DNA from: Ignavibacteriota bacterium
GTDB lineage: Bacteria > Bacteroidota > Ignavibacteria > UBA10030 > CAVZMI01
DNA length: 64,000 nucleotides
Assembly: GCA_963776275.1 (NCBI GenBank)
Contig: CAVZMI010000023.1
Location: 128,001-192,000 of the forward strand
Direction of reading: 5' to 3'
This document shows, piece after piece, positions 48,180-59,061 of the stretch (within the stretch, counting starts at the first letter, position 1; every line of letters starts with the position of its first letter). A model generated the notes under the pieces. That model was not told the origin of the DNA, made no database searches, and saw only the letters and a list, made by a program, of their open reading frames with translations. The position numbers and the translations under genes are program-made.

Positions 48180-49220
48180 TTATTTGATTGTCCATGTTTC
48201 CCCCGATTCGAATAACGTCTTCAAATCGGCAGTTCCTTGTTTTGCCTTTGCTTGTTCAATTTGTTGAAGCATTACATCCTCGTACACCGGTCGTTCCTTC
48301 ACGTGAAAAATACCCATAGGTCTGGGCAGGTCTGGGTAGTCTTCCAGAGTCGCCATGATGAATGCAAGCGCATGATCTTTCTCATCGAAAACAACAACGT
48401 CATTAACCGTATACTTTCCGTCATCGATGGTAATCGCTTCGGGAATTAATCCGTTCAGTCTGATACCGCGATTTCGCCTTTTCCCGAATAGAAGAGGTTT
48501 GCCATGCTCAAGATATACGACATGGTCGTCTTTGGTTTCTTTTTCGGTCAGGAGTTCGAATGCACCGTCGTTGAAGACATTACAATTCTGATAGATTTCA
48601 ATGAACGCCGTTCCTCTATGTCCGGCTGCACGTCTGAGCACATATTGAAGATGTTTCGGGTCCCGGTCTATTGTCCGGGCGACAAATGTTCCGCTTGATC
48701 CCAGTGCCACCAGAATAGGATGGAATGGAAAATCGATCGATCCATACGGCGTAGATTTTGTGATTTTTCCAGATTCGGATGTCGGTGAGTACTGTCCCTT
48801 CGTCAATCCGTAAATTTGGTTGTTGAACAGAAGGACTTTGATATTTAGATTCCGTCGTATCAAATGAATCATATGATTTCCCCCGATACTCAGTCCATCA
48901 CCATCACCCGTGACGACCCAGACTGACAGATCGGGATTTGCCATTTTCACTCCCGAGGCGATCGCTGTTGCACGACCGTGGATTCCGTGAAATCCGTAGG
49001 TCTCCATGTAATAGGGGAAGCGGCTCGAACAGCCGATTCCGGACACAAAGACGGTCTTCTCGCGTGGGATTCCAAGTTCAGGCATGATCCGCTGGACCTG
49101 TGCGAGGATTGAATAGTCACCGCATCCCGGACACCAGCGTGGATCCTGATCGGATGCGAAGTCTTTTGGAGTGTTCTTTTTCAGCGCGGCGCTGATCGTG
49201 TTGTCCGTTGGAGTTGTCAT
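48180..49220 (-). CDS. korB: 2-oxoacid:ferredoxin oxidoreductase beta subunit
   Basis: WCPGCGD, SGIGCSSR, GDGD.LSIGGNH, YGLTKGQ.SPT. Confidence 0.92.
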   Translation of the reverse strand: MTTPTDNTISAALKKNTPKDFASDQDPRWCPGCGDYSILAQVQRIMPELGIPREKTVFVSGIGCSSRFPYYMETYGFHGIHGRATAIASGVKMANPDLSVWVVTGDGDGLSIGGNHMIHLIRRNLNIKVLLFNNQIYGLTKGQYSPTSESGKITKSTPYGSIDFPFHPILVALGSSGTFVARTIDRDPKHLQYVLRRAAGHRGTAFIEIYQNCNVFNDGAFELLTEKETKDDHVVYLEHGKPLLFGKRRNRGIRLNGLIPEAITIDDGKYTVNDVVVFDEKDHALAFIMATLEDYPDLPRPMGIFHVKERPVYEDVMLQQIEQAKAKQGTADLKTLFESGETWTIK

Positions 49221-49230
49221 CGTTGTCCAG

Positions 49231-51063
49231 TTATCCTCTTAATATTTCATTAATCTTCTGCTCAACATCGGCCGCACGAAGTGGTAATCCTTTGATAAGA
49301 TTTAAACCGACAGCCGGGACAAGGTATTGCGATCGAAGAATCTTGATTAGCTGTCCGTTGTTAATCTCGGGGACTAAAACCTGTTTGAAATTATGGAGAA
49401 TTTCACCGAGATTTTTCGGGAATGGATTAATGTATCGAACCTGGACATGAGAGACCGATTTCCCCCGCTGTCGCATGTTTGTAACGGCCTCTCTGATTGC
49501 TCCGTACGTTCCACCCCATCCGACAATAAGGAGGTCGCCTTCGGTGTCGCCTTCTATTGTTTGAAGGGGGATATCGTTGACAATACGATCGATTTTTTCC
49601 TGGCGGAGTTTTACCATTAAGTGATGATTCTCCGGATCATAGCTGATGTTGCCATTAATATTTGCTTTTTCAAGTCCGCCTATCCGGTGTTCGAGTCCCG
49701 GAGTTCCCGGAATTGCCCAGGGGCGGGCGAGAGTTTTTTCATCACGAATGTACGGTTGGAAGGTGTCCTTGTCGGTGCAAAATTTTACCCTGAGGTCAGG
49801 GAGTGATTCCGGTTCAGGAATTCTCCACGGTTCGGAACCATTTCCCAGATAGCCGTCTGTCAGACAGATGACCGGCGTCATATATTTCAGTGCGATGCGT
49901 GCCGATTCGAAAGCAGCATAGAAGCAGTCAGCCGGACTTGTAGCTGCGATTACAGGGACAGGAGCTTCTCCATTGCGGCCGTACATCGCCTGGAGTAGGT
50001 CACCTTGTTCAGTTTTCGTTGGCAATCCGGTACTTGGCCCGCCGCGCTGGACATCGACGACGACAAGAGGAAGTTCAGTCATGACTGCCAATCCGATGGC
50101 TTCGGTTTTAAGTGAGAGTCCGGGACCGCTTGTTGTCGATGCACCCAGCGCGCCTGCAAACGATGCGCCTATGGCGCTGGTTATACCGGCGATTTCATCC
50201 TCGGCCTGGAATGTCTTCACTCCGGCGTTATTATATTTTGAAAGCTCGTGGAGGATCTCACTTGCAGGAGTGATAGGATAGCTGCCGAGGAACAAGTCTA
50301 ATCCGGCTCGTTGGGCGGCTGCGACCAGACCGAGTGCAGTGGCTTCATTTCCTGTTAAGTTGCGGTATTTCCCTGGTTTCAGTTTAGCAGATTTGACTTC
50401 ATATCGTTCAGTAAATAATTCTGTTGTTTCGCCATAATTCCAGCCGGCTTTTAAAACCCGAAGATTTGACTCTGCGATATCCGGTTTGTTGGCAAATTTC
50501 GTTTTTATCCACTTGATAGACGGTTCCATTGGCCGATCATACAACCAGAACATCACTCCGAGTGCGAAAAAATTCTTTGTACGATCGATCACCTTTGGTG
50601 AGAGTCTCATCCCCGACAACGCCGCTTCGGTCAATTTATTGATATCGATTTTATAGGTTTGATATTTTTTTAGTGACCCGTCATCGAGAGGATTCGATGT
50701 ATAGCCGGCGAGTTTTAGATTTTTATCGTTGAATGACCCCGTGTTTGCAATGATAATTCCGTCTTCGCGTAGTATCCGCAGATTTACTTTCAGTGCAGCC
50801 GGGTTCATCACAACCAGTACATCGCACATATCGCCTGGAGTCATAATCTCGACGCTGCCGAAATGAATTTGAAATCCACTGACGCCTGAAGGTGTACCGG
50901 CGGGTGCACGGATTTCTGCAGGATAATCCGGAAGGGTACTTAAATCGTTCCCGAGAGCGGCTGATGCATTCGTAAAATGGGTCCCGGTGAGCTGCATTCC
51001 GTCACCGGAATCACCGGCGAAGCGTATCGTGACATTGTCAAGCGTCTTAATACTTTTTGCCAT
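49231..51063 (-). CDS. korA: 2-oxoacid:ferredoxin oxidoreductase alpha subunit
   Basis: [38 protein letters not shown]. Confidence 0.92.
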   Translation of the reverse strand: MAKSIKTLDNVTIRFAGDSGDGMQLTGTHFTNASAALGNDLSTLPDYPAEIRAPAGTPSGVSGFQIHFGSVEIMTPGDMCDVLVVMNPAALKVNLRILREDGIIIANTGSFNDKNLKLAGYTSNPLDDGSLKKYQTYKIDINKLTEAALSGMRLSPKVIDRTKNFFALGVMFWLYDRPMEPSIKWIKTKFANKPDIAESNLRVLKAGWNYGETTELFTERYEVKSAKLKPGKYRNLTGNEATALGLVAAAQRAGLDLFLGSYPITPASEILHELSKYNNAGVKTFQAEDEIAGITSAIGASFAGALGASTTSGPGLSLKTEAIGLAVMTELPLVVVDVQRGGPSTGLPTKTEQGDLLQAMYGRNGEAPVPVIAATSPADCFYAAFESARIALKYMTPVICLTDGYLGNGSEPWRIPEPESLPDLRVKFCTDKDTFQPYIRDEKTLARPWAIPGTPGLEHRIGGLEKANINGNISYDPENHHLMVKLRQEKIDRIVNDIPLQTIEGDTEGDLLIVGWGGTYGAIREAVTNMRQRGKSVSHVQVRYINPFPKNLGEILHNFKQVLVPEINNGQLIKILRSQYLVPAVGLNLIKGLPLRAADVEQKINEILRG

Positions 51064-51200
51064 CGTATTCAATCACCTCACCTCGAACCGTGAGAATTCT
51101 TACTCGTGCAAACATTGCCGGAGAGAATAAAGTTGCATGTAGCAACCGGTCTCAGAATGAAAGACGCTTTTCTCACCGGAAAGGCTTTTCGGTGTCGAGA

Positions 51201-51644
51201 TTATTCGGCAACAACCCACACTTTGAGTGTCGATGTTACTTTTGGGTGCAGTTTTACTGGAACTTCGTATACTCCAAGAGCTTTGATTGGTTCATCAAGC
51301 TCGATACTTCGCTTATCAATTGTTATTCCCTGGGCTTCGAGCTGTTCTGCAATCATCTGTGATGTTACAGATCCGTACAGTTTATCTTCTTCGCCCACTT
51401 TCATTTTCAGAGTCACCGAAGTGGTCGACAGGGTTGCACCGAGATTGTTGGCCGATTTTTTCTCTTTTCCATGTCGGCGTTCGTTTTGACGTTTTTCTTC
51501 TTCGAGAGCGCGAAGAGAACCCTCCGTTGCCTGGTAGGCAATATTCCGTGGAAGAAGATAGTTGCGTGCATAGCCGTCCTTTACTTCGACGACGTCCCCT
51601 ATATGACCGAGTGCTTCATAATCTTGTCGCAAAATAACTTTCAT
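51201..51644 (-). CDS. rplI: 50S ribosomal protein L9
   Basis: MKVIL, VKDGYARNYL.P, LYGSVT. Confidence 0.97.
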   Translation of the reverse strand: MKVILRQDYEALGHIGDVVEVKDGYARNYLLPRNIAYQATEGSLRALEEEKRQNERRHGKEKKSANNLGATLSTTSVTLKMKVGEEDKLYGSVTSQMIAEQLEAQGITIDKRSIELDEPIKALGVYEVPVKLHPKVTSTLKVWVVAE

Positions 51645-51810
51645 AAGAGCTCCATTAAAAAAATCATCAACACGTCATCATCTCTCATGGAGTACAAATA
51701 GAGAGTCATGATGAGTTGTTTATAATTCACGCCGTATCGCGGAGAAAGCATTTCTGTCTTCCATTAACGGCGAGGGTGTTCTCTCTTTGCTTTGAGGTAC
51801 TCGAGAGAGA

Positions 51811-52050
51811 CTAACGGATTGTATCAGAAACGAATGGAAGCAGCGCAAGATGTCGTGCCCGCTTGATTGCCTGCACAAGCTGACGCTGATGCTTCGCACA
51901 TGTACCGGTGATCCTTTTCGGAATAATTTTTCCTTGTTCGGTTACAAAACGATGAAGTCTTTTCTCATCTTTGTAATCGATATAGATTTCTTTATTCTCG
52001 CAGAACCGGCAATTTCGTTTTTTCCGTACCTGATTATTCTCCTTCAACAT
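51811..52050 (-). CDS. rpsR: 30S ribosomal protein S18
   Basis: CRFC, IDYKD, GKIIP.R.TG.C.KHQR, AIKRAR. Confidence 0.97.
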   Translation of the reverse strand: MLKENNQVRKKRNCRFCENKEIYIDYKDEKRLHRFVTEQGKIIPKRITGTCAKHQRQLVQAIKRARHLALLPFVSDTIR

Positions 52051-52095
52051 TATTCTCCTTTGCGCTGTGTTGTGCGATCGGCGGAATCCCTATGC

Positions 52096-52572
52096 TCATT
52101 GATTCCGTAACAGGTGTGGTTCACCGTCTTTAATGAATCGATCGAAAGAGTCATCCTCGAATGAGTTAGATTCTTCTTCGTGTGGAACCTTTGCCTGTTC
52201 GATTTCTGCTTCATTATAAGTTCGGGTCCGTTTGTTGAGGAATTGAATGCGTCGTGCTTTGACTTCCACAACAGAGCGATTGGACCCGTCCTCCGCTTTC
52301 CAGGTTCGGCTTTGCAGCTCGCCATCGATGAGAACAGCGTTCCCTTTCTTCAGACGGTCCCGGCAGCTTTCAGCCAGTTTATTCCATGCTACCACACCGA
52401 CATAGCAGACATCTTCCTGCCATTGATTGTTCGCATCGCGGTATTTCCGATTTGATGCGATTGAAAAATTGATCACAGGAGTCCCGTTTGTCGTTTGGCG
52501 GCAGATGGGATCTTTCGTCAGATTTCCTGCGATGATCACAGAATTCAATTCTGGTATTTTTAAATCTGCCAT
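52096..52572 (-). CDS. ssb: Single-stranded DNA-binding protein
   Basis: LN.V...GNLTKDP, F.IA.NR, G.L..R.W. Confidence 0.92.
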   Translation of the reverse strand: MADLKIPELNSVIIAGNLTKDPICRQTTNGTPVINFSIASNRKYRDANNQWQEDVCYVGVVAWNKLAESCRDRLKKGNAVLIDGELQSRTWKAEDGSNRSVVEVKARRIQFLNKRTRTYNEAEIEQAKVPHEEESNSFEDDSFDRFIKDGEPHLLRNQ

Positions 52573-52665
52573 CAGTTCATCTCCATGTAGGCAATAATAC
52601 TATAACTCATTTGAGTGTACTTTATAATGCACATCACATGAATTTTCTGATAATACTACTTGTGT

Positions 52666-53085
52666 TTATTCTGTTATCGCGACCACCAGTGGATCTACGA
52701 CGGCTTCACCCGCCAGATCTGGTAATACCGGGGCTGCCGCTGGTTCTTCCTCAGCCCGTGCAACCGAGCGCCGTGCCTTCAGAGCTTTCGTATCCAATTG
52801 TACTGTTAAATAGCGTATGATATTTTCATCGAGCTGGTAGTGACGCTCAAGTTTGGCAACAGCATCACCCTTTGCAGAAAATATGAGAACGATATAGAAG
52901 CCGTTGTTTTTCTTCTGGATAGGATAGGCGAGCCGCTTGCGACCCCATTTCTCGACCGCTGTAACCGTGCTCCCATTCTTGACGAGTAATTCTTGAACGC
53001 GGGCAATGACAGCTTCGGTCTGAGCATCATCAAGCGTTGCGTTAATGATGAACGTTGTCTCGTAGTTACGTGTCAATGTGTCCAT
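52666..53085 (-). CDS. rpsF: 30S ribosomal protein S6
   Basis: AAAGGAGG RBS, YET.FI, WG.KRLAYPI.K...G.Y. Confidence 0.96.
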   Translation of the reverse strand: MDTLTRNYETTFIINATLDDAQTEAVIARVQELLVKNGSTVTAVEKWGRKRLAYPIQKKNNGFYIVLIFSAKGDAVAKLERHYQLDENIIRYLTVQLDTKALKARRSVARAEEEPAAAPVLPDLAGEAVVDPLVVAITE

Positions 53086-53269
53086 GTATTCACCTCCTTT
53101 GGACGTTTCTTGTACCGCTCCAACTATCATTTTAAAAATTAACTGTGTTGGATTGTGTACTGTGCCCCCTTTTTTTGAATGGTACGAAAAGTAGGAAGGG
53201 CACTTGTTCGAAATTAACCCCAGGATAGTAGCCTTTTCGTCCAGGCTAACCCCGGAGTAGGATTTTATA

Positions 53270-53851
53270 TTATACCTCCGGCCGTGTGTTCCACCGATTC
53301 ATTGCAGCGTCAATGCCTTCTTCGATCCAGTATTGAAGTGCATCCGCTGCCTGAAGAATCATCGCTCGAACACCTTCTCGTTCTTCGGGTATGAAAGGTG
53401 ATAGAACGAAATCAACCGAGTTCAACCGTGTAGCATCCTGTGCCGTGCTTTGTATTCCGCATCTCAAGCGAGGTATTTCCTCACTCTGCAGGTGATAAAT
53501 AATCGATCCCATGCCGTTGTGTCCGCCGTCGCTTCCCTGTGGTCGGAACCGAAGTGTTCCTATCGGCAGATGGACATCATCATAAACAATAATCAGATTA
53601 ATAAGTTCAATTTTAAACCGTTCAACAACATCTCGAACAGCACAGCCGCTATTGTTCATCATTGTTGTCGGTTTGACCAGAACAATATCTTCGTTGTTGA
53701 TATTCCCCGACGCGATCCAGTAATCGCCCTTTCCCGGCCTGAATGAAATTTTCCTCTGCTCGGCTATGGTATCGACAACGGCAAATCCGATATTATGCCG
53801 GGTCTCAGCGTATGCCGATCCAGGATTACCGAGTCCAATAATGATATGCAC
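53270..53851 (-). CDS. pth: Peptidyl-tRNA hydrolase
   Basis: GLGNPG..Y..TRHN.GF, KP.T.MN.SG, GSDGGHNG. Confidence 0.95.
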   Translation of the reverse strand: MHIIIGLGNPGSAYAETRHNIGFAVVDTIAEQRKISFRPGKGDYWIASGNINNEDIVLVKPTTMMNNSGCAVRDVVERFKIELINLIIVYDDVHLPIGTLRFRPQGSDGGHNGMGSIIYHLQSEEIPRLRCGIQSTAQDATRLNSVDFVLSPFIPEEREGVRAMILQAADALQYWIEEGIDAAMNRWNTRPEV

Positions 53852-53878
53852 GGGAGTCGGCAGATTCTTCGAAAGAGA

Positions 53879-54569
53879 TTATTTTTTTTCTTCTTTCTTC
53901 GGGACTTCTGCTTTCTTTGGTTCTTCAGTCCCCTCAGCACCTTCTTCAGGTTTCTTTCCCTTGCCGATTACTTCGGGTTCAGCCGGTATCTCGGCTTCTA
54001 CTACTGGAGCTACTTCGACAACCGCCGCCGGTGGAATGACAGCGACGATAGCGTTTTCTTCACCATCTAGAATTTTTACATTCTGGAGTTCGAACGTCGC
54101 TCACATGGAGCGAGTTATTGATTTCTAACGCCGAGACGTTGAGTGTGATATTCTCTGGAATGTATCGGGGCAGGCAGGATACCCGTAATGTATGCATTAT
54201 ATGCTGCATTATTCCACCATTTTTTACTCCTGCCGGTATTCCTTGAAGGACAATCGGCACCTCAATCGTCAGCTCTTGGTCTGCTTTGATTCCCTGTAGA
54301 TCAAAGTGAACCGGAAGATCGGTTAGAGGGTCATATTGGACATCACGGAGAATACAATTGAGTGTTTCACCGGAATTCAATTTCAGGTTGATAATATGAG
54401 CTTCCTTGGTTCCAACCAGCGGTCGTAATGCCTTTTCCGTAGTCACGATCGCGATATTCTCTTCCCCTCGAGCATAATACACGCCCGGGATTTTTCCGGC
54501 ACGCCGCAATGCACGAGACTGCTTTCCACGTGAATTTCGAACCTCTGCTTCTAGAACTATTTCAGCCAT
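53879..54569 (-). CDS. rplY: 50S ribosomal protein L25/Ctc (frameshift near 54090)
   Basis: LRRAG.IPGV.Y, H.D, GVK.GG; C-terminus EPEVIGKGKK lies in another frame. Confidence 0.92.
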
Positions 54570-54586
54570 TGGTAATCCTCATTATT

Positions 54587-55534
54587 CTAAATCGCCTTAT
54601 CTTTATCAGTATCAAAAAGAGAACTGATCGATTGATTCAGATTCGTTCGTTTAATTGCTTCTCCGAAAACACCTGCAACTGATATGACTTCAATCTTGCT
54701 CGATGATCTCCGTAACGGCACCGTATCTGTCACCAACAGTTTTGTCACACCGCAGCTCTCAATCTTTTCGTATGACTGCCCTGAAAGGATTGGGTGCGTA
54801 CAGGCCCCATAGATTTTTTTTGCACCGGCTTCTTCAAGAACCTTTACAGCGTTTGTAAACGTGCCTGCCGTGTCGATTAAATCATCGATGATCAGAATAT
54901 TTTTGTCTTTGACATCACCGATGATATTCATTACTTCGGCGACATTTGCCTTGGGCCGTCGTTTGTCTATAAGGACAAGATCTGCCTCGAGCCGCTTGGC
55001 ATATGCGCGTGCAATCTTGATGCCGCCAACATCCGGTGAAACGACCGCAAGATTTTCCATCTTCATATCTTGGATATATTTTATAAGCACCCTTGAAGCA
55101 TATAAGTGGTCGAACGGTATATCAAAAAAGCCCTGAATTTGCGGTGTATGCAGATCCATCGCAATTACGCGATCGGCACCCGCTGTGGTGATCAGGTTGG
55201 CTACCAATTTTGCTGAAATTGATACCCGTGGCTGGTCTTTTCTATCCTGCCGTGCATACCCGAAATACGGAATCACAGCTGTGACTCGTCGTGCTGACGA
55301 CCGTTTCGCTGCATCAAGAAGGATCAACAACTCCATAAGATTTTCAGCCGGTGGATTTGTCGATTGAATGATGTATACATCCGACCCGCGGATGTTATCA
55401 TTATATTTCACCCAAATTTCACCGTCGCTGAAAGTCTGGAACGAGTTGTTTCCAAGCGGTTGATCTATCGCCTGACCAACGCGTTCAGCGAATTGCGGGT
55501 TGCTCCGCCCGGAAAAAATATACATATTGTCCAT
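54587..55534 (-). CDS. prs: Ribose-phosphate pyrophosphokinase
   Basis: FSDGE, PYFGYARQDRK, DLH..QIQGFF, VSPD.GG, DDLIDTAGT. Confidence 0.96.
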   Translation of the reverse strand: MDNMYIFSGRSNPQFAERVGQAIDQPLGNNSFQTFSDGEIWVKYNDNIRGSDVYIIQSTNPPAENLMELLILLDAAKRSSARRVTAVIPYFGYARQDRKDQPRVSISAKLVANLITTAGADRVIAMDLHTPQIQGFFDIPFDHLYASRVLIKYIQDMKMENLAVVSPDVGGIKIARAYAKRLEADLVLIDKRRPKANVAEVMNIIGDVKDKNILIIDDLIDTAGTFTNAVKVLEEAGAKKIYGACTHPILSGQSYEKIESCGVTKLLVTDTVPLRRSSSKIEVISVAGVFGEAIKRTNLNQSISSLFDTDKDKAI

Positions 55535-55550
55535 GGCTCTCGGCTTTCTG

Positions 55551-55622
55551 CTGGGGTGCCTGGATTCGAACCAGGGCATGGCGGCTCCAAAGGCCGCTGC
55601 CTTACCGCTTGGCTACACCCCA
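55551..55622 (-). tRNA. tRNA-Gln(TTG)
   Basis: TGGGGTG TAGCCAAGCGGTAAGGC ... CTTTGGA ... GGTTCGAATCC CACCCCAG. Confidence 0.95.
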
Positions 55623-55755
55623 GTCGGATAATCATTATTAAGCTATAAAATATACTCAAATATTAGAAAAGTGTCAATAAATTTCTCTCCATTTCTTGAT
55701 TCTCCTGAAGGATTTTTGTATCTTCGTCACTAATAAATTAAACGAAGGAGCATTA

Positions 55756-56328
55756 ATGAGAGAATTGTCTCAAAATACGGCGTCGAAATCGTTTAAAATT
55801 ACAAATACCAGCACGGTCGCCCAGGGATTTTGGATTATTGGTTTTACGATTCTAACGGCGGCAGGTGCCCGTATTGAAATTCTCCATCAACCGGTACCAT
55901 TTACCCTACAGACATTTATGGTTGTCCTTGCCGGAGGATTCCTCGGCATGCGAAATGGTTTCATAAGTCAGGTGATATATCTGGCAATGGGGTGCGCAGG
56001 ATTTCCGGTTTTCGCGGGTGGACATGCAGGACTGGCCATTCTTTTGGGTCCCACCGGTGGGTATTTACTGGCATTTCCTCTTGCAAGCTCTATTATCGGA
56101 TGGATGGTACATTTGCGAAAAGGATTTTGGTGGAATTTTTTCTCGTGCAGCATTGGTCTTGCGGCGATCTTTACGCTCGGCGCAATGCAGCTCAACATTG
56201 TCTATTTTCATAATATTTCAGATTCGATTAAAGCAGGCTTCCTGATCTTTTCATTGTGGGATGTGTTAAAACTTTTTGCTGCTGCATCGATAATCACGGT
56301 GTATAGCCGCCATTTTGTAAAGCCGTAG
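55756..56328 (+). CDS. bioY: Biotin transporter BioY
   Basis: PVPFTLQT, G.PVFA.G, GPTGGYL. Confidence 0.92.
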   Translation: MRELSQNTASKSFKITNTSTVAQGFWIIGFTILTAAGARIEILHQPVPFTLQTFMVVLAGGFLGMRNGFISQVIYLAMGCAGFPVFAGGHAGLAILLGPTGGYLLAFPLASSIIGWMVHLRKGFWWNFFSCSIGLAAIFTLGAMQLNIVYFHNISDSIKAGFLIFSLWDVLKLFAAASIITVYSRHFVKP

Positions 56329-56393
56329 GGAGATACAGAAGGGTTCACCGATAACTGCCGCCTTTTACATTAGTTTTTTAAATAAAGCTTCTC

Positions 56394-57326
56394 TTATTTC
56401 CGTCCTTCCACTGGATCAATATGGACGAATACCTTATTCACCTCACGCAGCGATTCGATCTCGTTCTGGACTTCTTTTCCGATATCGTGAGAACGCTGGG
56501 TAGCTAGTGTGCGGTCCACCTCGATATGGATTTCGATGTGGAAGCGATTGCCGACATGGTGAGATCGGAGTGCATTCACACCGAGCACACCTTCGATCTT
56601 TGTGGCCCGCCGGATAATCTCCAACATTAACTCTTCAGTTGCACCCTTGCCCATAAGATAATTAATGTTTTCTTTAGCGATCAGGTAGCCGCCGCGGGCG
56701 ATCATTAACGACACTGCGATTCCTCCAATTCCATCACACCATGTGTATCCAAAATATGAAAGGGTAATACCGACGATCGCCATCGAGGCGCACAGAACAT
56801 CGTTTTTTGCATCAATCGAGCTTGCCATGAGAGCCGGACTTTCATATTTCAGACCCACTTTCTGAAGGTGCTTTCCCATTGCAAATTTAATGATGATGGT
56901 AACCGCGAGCACGGCAAATGGAAGAATTTGGATCGAGTGAATTGTCGGTGTGAAGACTCTCTCAATAGATTCTTTTAACATGTTAAAACAGACCACGGCT
57001 GCAAAGATTGCATAGAGCAGACTTGTGATCGGTTCGGCGGCGCGATGGCCGAATGGATGATCTTCGTCCGGTGCGCGAAGAGCGATCCGTACACTATAGA
57101 TGATTCCTCCGGAGGCGATAATATCGAGAAGCGAGTTAAACGCCTCAGAGATCACTGAAATGCTTGAAATGGTGAACCCGGCATAGAGTTTTATGCAAAA
57201 TAGAAAAATATTTGCTGCGAGAGTGATGAACGCAGCCCGTGTCCGGGTCGAATGTACGTGATCGATACCTTCTTGGGGTTGATCCTGTGAGTCCTTATCA
57301 TTCATATTCTCTCCGTGGATGATCAT
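56394..57326 (-). CDS. Cation diffusion facilitator (FieF-like)
   Basis: PDEDHPFGH..AE, D..ND, HIEV, V.VHIDP. Confidence 0.9.
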   Translation of the reverse strand: MIIHGENMNDKDSQDQPQEGIDHVHSTRTRAAFITLAANIFLFCIKLYAGFTISSISVISEAFNSLLDIIASGGIIYSVRIALRAPDEDHPFGHRAAEPITSLLYAIFAAVVCFNMLKESIERVFTPTIHSIQILPFAVLAVTIIIKFAMGKHLQKVGLKYESPALMASSIDAKNDVLCASMAIVGITLSYFGYTWCDGIGGIAVSLMIARGGYLIAKENINYLMGKGATEELMLEIIRRATKIEGVLGVNALRSHHVGNRFHIEIHIEVDRTLATQRSHDIGKEVQNEIESLREVNKVFVHIDPVEGRK

Positions 57327-58003
57327 GAATGATTATCAAGATTTAAGAATGAATTCCATTTTTGAAAAAGAAGCGCTGTTGCCCGGATGTCACCGAGGCA
57401 ATATTCGGCGATTTCTTTATATCTACCTCCTGTGAATAAAGTTCCCATGTCGAGTCCTGTTATACCATGGCTCTTTGGACTTTCAATACCGAACTGCTTA
57501 CAATAAAAATCGAGATTGAATTTTTTTGTCGCTCCATAGTATGAAAGTTGGTCGAGCAAATCGCAGTGGATCCGGGTATCATATCGATAGGGAATAAGGT
57601 TTCTTGTAGGCTTCACACCGCGGATTGCCGACCGAAGCATTATGAATGGACAATCGAATGCCCGGCCGTTGAATGTAATGAATTGATCGTATTTAGTCAC
57701 AACATCCCAGAAATGAGAAAGCAAATCGTTTTCCGTACTGCTGATATAATCGATCTGGCCGTCGTCGCTGACATAATGTCCTTCGGTATCGGCTTGATAT
57801 AGAATTTTACCGTGGTTGGTATCCGGGTTGAGAAGGCCGATGGCAATAATCTGTGCTGTCAGAGGGTAAAGGTTGAGTTTCTGGAGTGTTTCAGTGCGCT
57901 GCTCATCATCCTGTGCAAATCGGAGAAGGTACTCCTGCTGTACCTCGTCGAATTGTTCGAGCGGAAAAGCAAGCGTTTCAATATCAAAAACGAGTCTGTT
58001 CAT
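57323..58003 (-). CDS. DEDD 3'-5' exonuclease (RNase H-like, PolB-related)
   Basis: FDIET, TFNGRAFD.P, H.DL, YC..D. Confidence 0.85.
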   Translation of the reverse strand: MNRLVFDIETLAFPLEQFDEVQQEYLLRFAQDDEQRTETLQKLNLYPLTAQIIAIGLLNPDTNHGKILYQADTEGHYVSDDGQIDYISSTENDLLSHFWDVVTKYDQFITFNGRAFDCPFIMLRSAIRGVKPTRNLIPYRYDTRIHCDLLDQLSYYGATKKFNLDFYCKQFGIESPKSHGITGLDMGTLFTGGRYKEIAEYCLGDIRATALLFQKWNSFLNLDNHS

Positions 58004-59061
58004 CGGTGCAGTGGTATACGCTCGGTTTTTGTTATTGTGTAATGAGTGAAGCCCCAGTATGCCTGTTTCGCAGTCACCTTAATGATTGTAGCGATTGGTA
58101 TTGCCAGAAGCATTCCAATTATACCCCCGAATTCATTTCCAATCAGAACGATGATCAGTACCGAGAGGGGATGCATGTTGACTGCCGTTGCGAAGGCCCA
58201 TGGTTGGATTGCTGTATTATCGACGAGCTGAATGACAAGGGTCAGGATAATAATATTGACAACTAGTGCGCTATTTCCTCCCTGGAGCACGGCTATAATA
58301 ACGGCAGGAACAATGCCGGCAACAGGACCGACGTAGGGAATCAGATTTGTAATCCCGGCGACAACCCCGAGAACGAATGCGTACTCCATCCCTATGATGA
58401 AATATCCAATGATCATCAAGATACCGACGACGAACGAGTCGAGCAGCCATCCCCGGATATACCCGGCAAGTTCGTGTCCGAGTCGGTCGACAAGGTTCAG
58501 AGTGATTTCGAAGTAGCGATTAGGGACCCGTTCGATCAGCGCTTTCAACGACTTTCGCCCGTCGCGGACGATAAAAAAAGCAATGAACGGCACAATTGCC
58601 ATAAGCATCAGGAGTGAAAATATTTTAGAAATATTGCTCAGCACTCCGTTCATGAGATCGCTTGCCGCCTCGTTTACACCCCGGGCGACATCAACTGCTT
58701 TTAAAAAGGGGACTCGGTGTTCTATTTCTTGACCGATAGCGAGCAGTTGCTGTTCCATATTCACATGTTTCATCATATCGGCAAGTAATTTAATCTGACT
58801 TATAAATAGTGGTACAGCGATCCATAATGCGATACCCAGAAGCGCACCAATCCCCAAGAAGGCGAAAATAGTTGCGGCAGTCCTTCTCAAACCATGCTGT
58901 TCCAGATAGTCAACGAACGGAGTAAGAATGAACGAGAGTAGAAATGCCAACAATACGATCATTGAAATTTCGGCAAAAAAGCCCCCGAGCCATATAATAC
59001 AGGCAACCGCTGTCAACAGAAGCGCAATTTTCTTAACGATATGGGCCGGTGGATGTGTCAT
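58000..59061 (-). CDS. AI-2E/PerM family transporter
   Basis: P.V..LE..G..R, IPY.GP, HPL, G..GM.LAIP. Confidence 0.88.
   Translation of the reverse strand: MTHPPAHIVKKIALLLTAVACIIWLGGFFAEISMIVLLAFLLSFILTPFVDYLEQHGLRRTAATIFAFLGIGALLGIALWIAVPLFISQIKLLADMMKHVNMEQQLLAIGQEIEHRVPFLKAVDVARGVNEAASDLMNGVLSNISKIFSLLMLMAIVPFIAFFIVRDGRKSLKALIERVPNRYFEITLNLVDRLGHELAGYIRGWLLDSFVVGILMIIGYFIIGMEYAFVLGVVAGITNLIPYVGPVAGIVPAVIIAVLQGGNSALVVNIIILTLVIQLVDNTAIQPWAFATAVNMHPLSVLIIVLIGNEFGGIIGMLLAIPIATIIKVTAKQAYWGFTHYTITKTERIPLHR

Noticed and set aside
55465-55659. ORF 55465-55659 and the 5' extension of prs to 55579
   Set aside because: They overlap tRNA-Gln; the real prs start is 55534.
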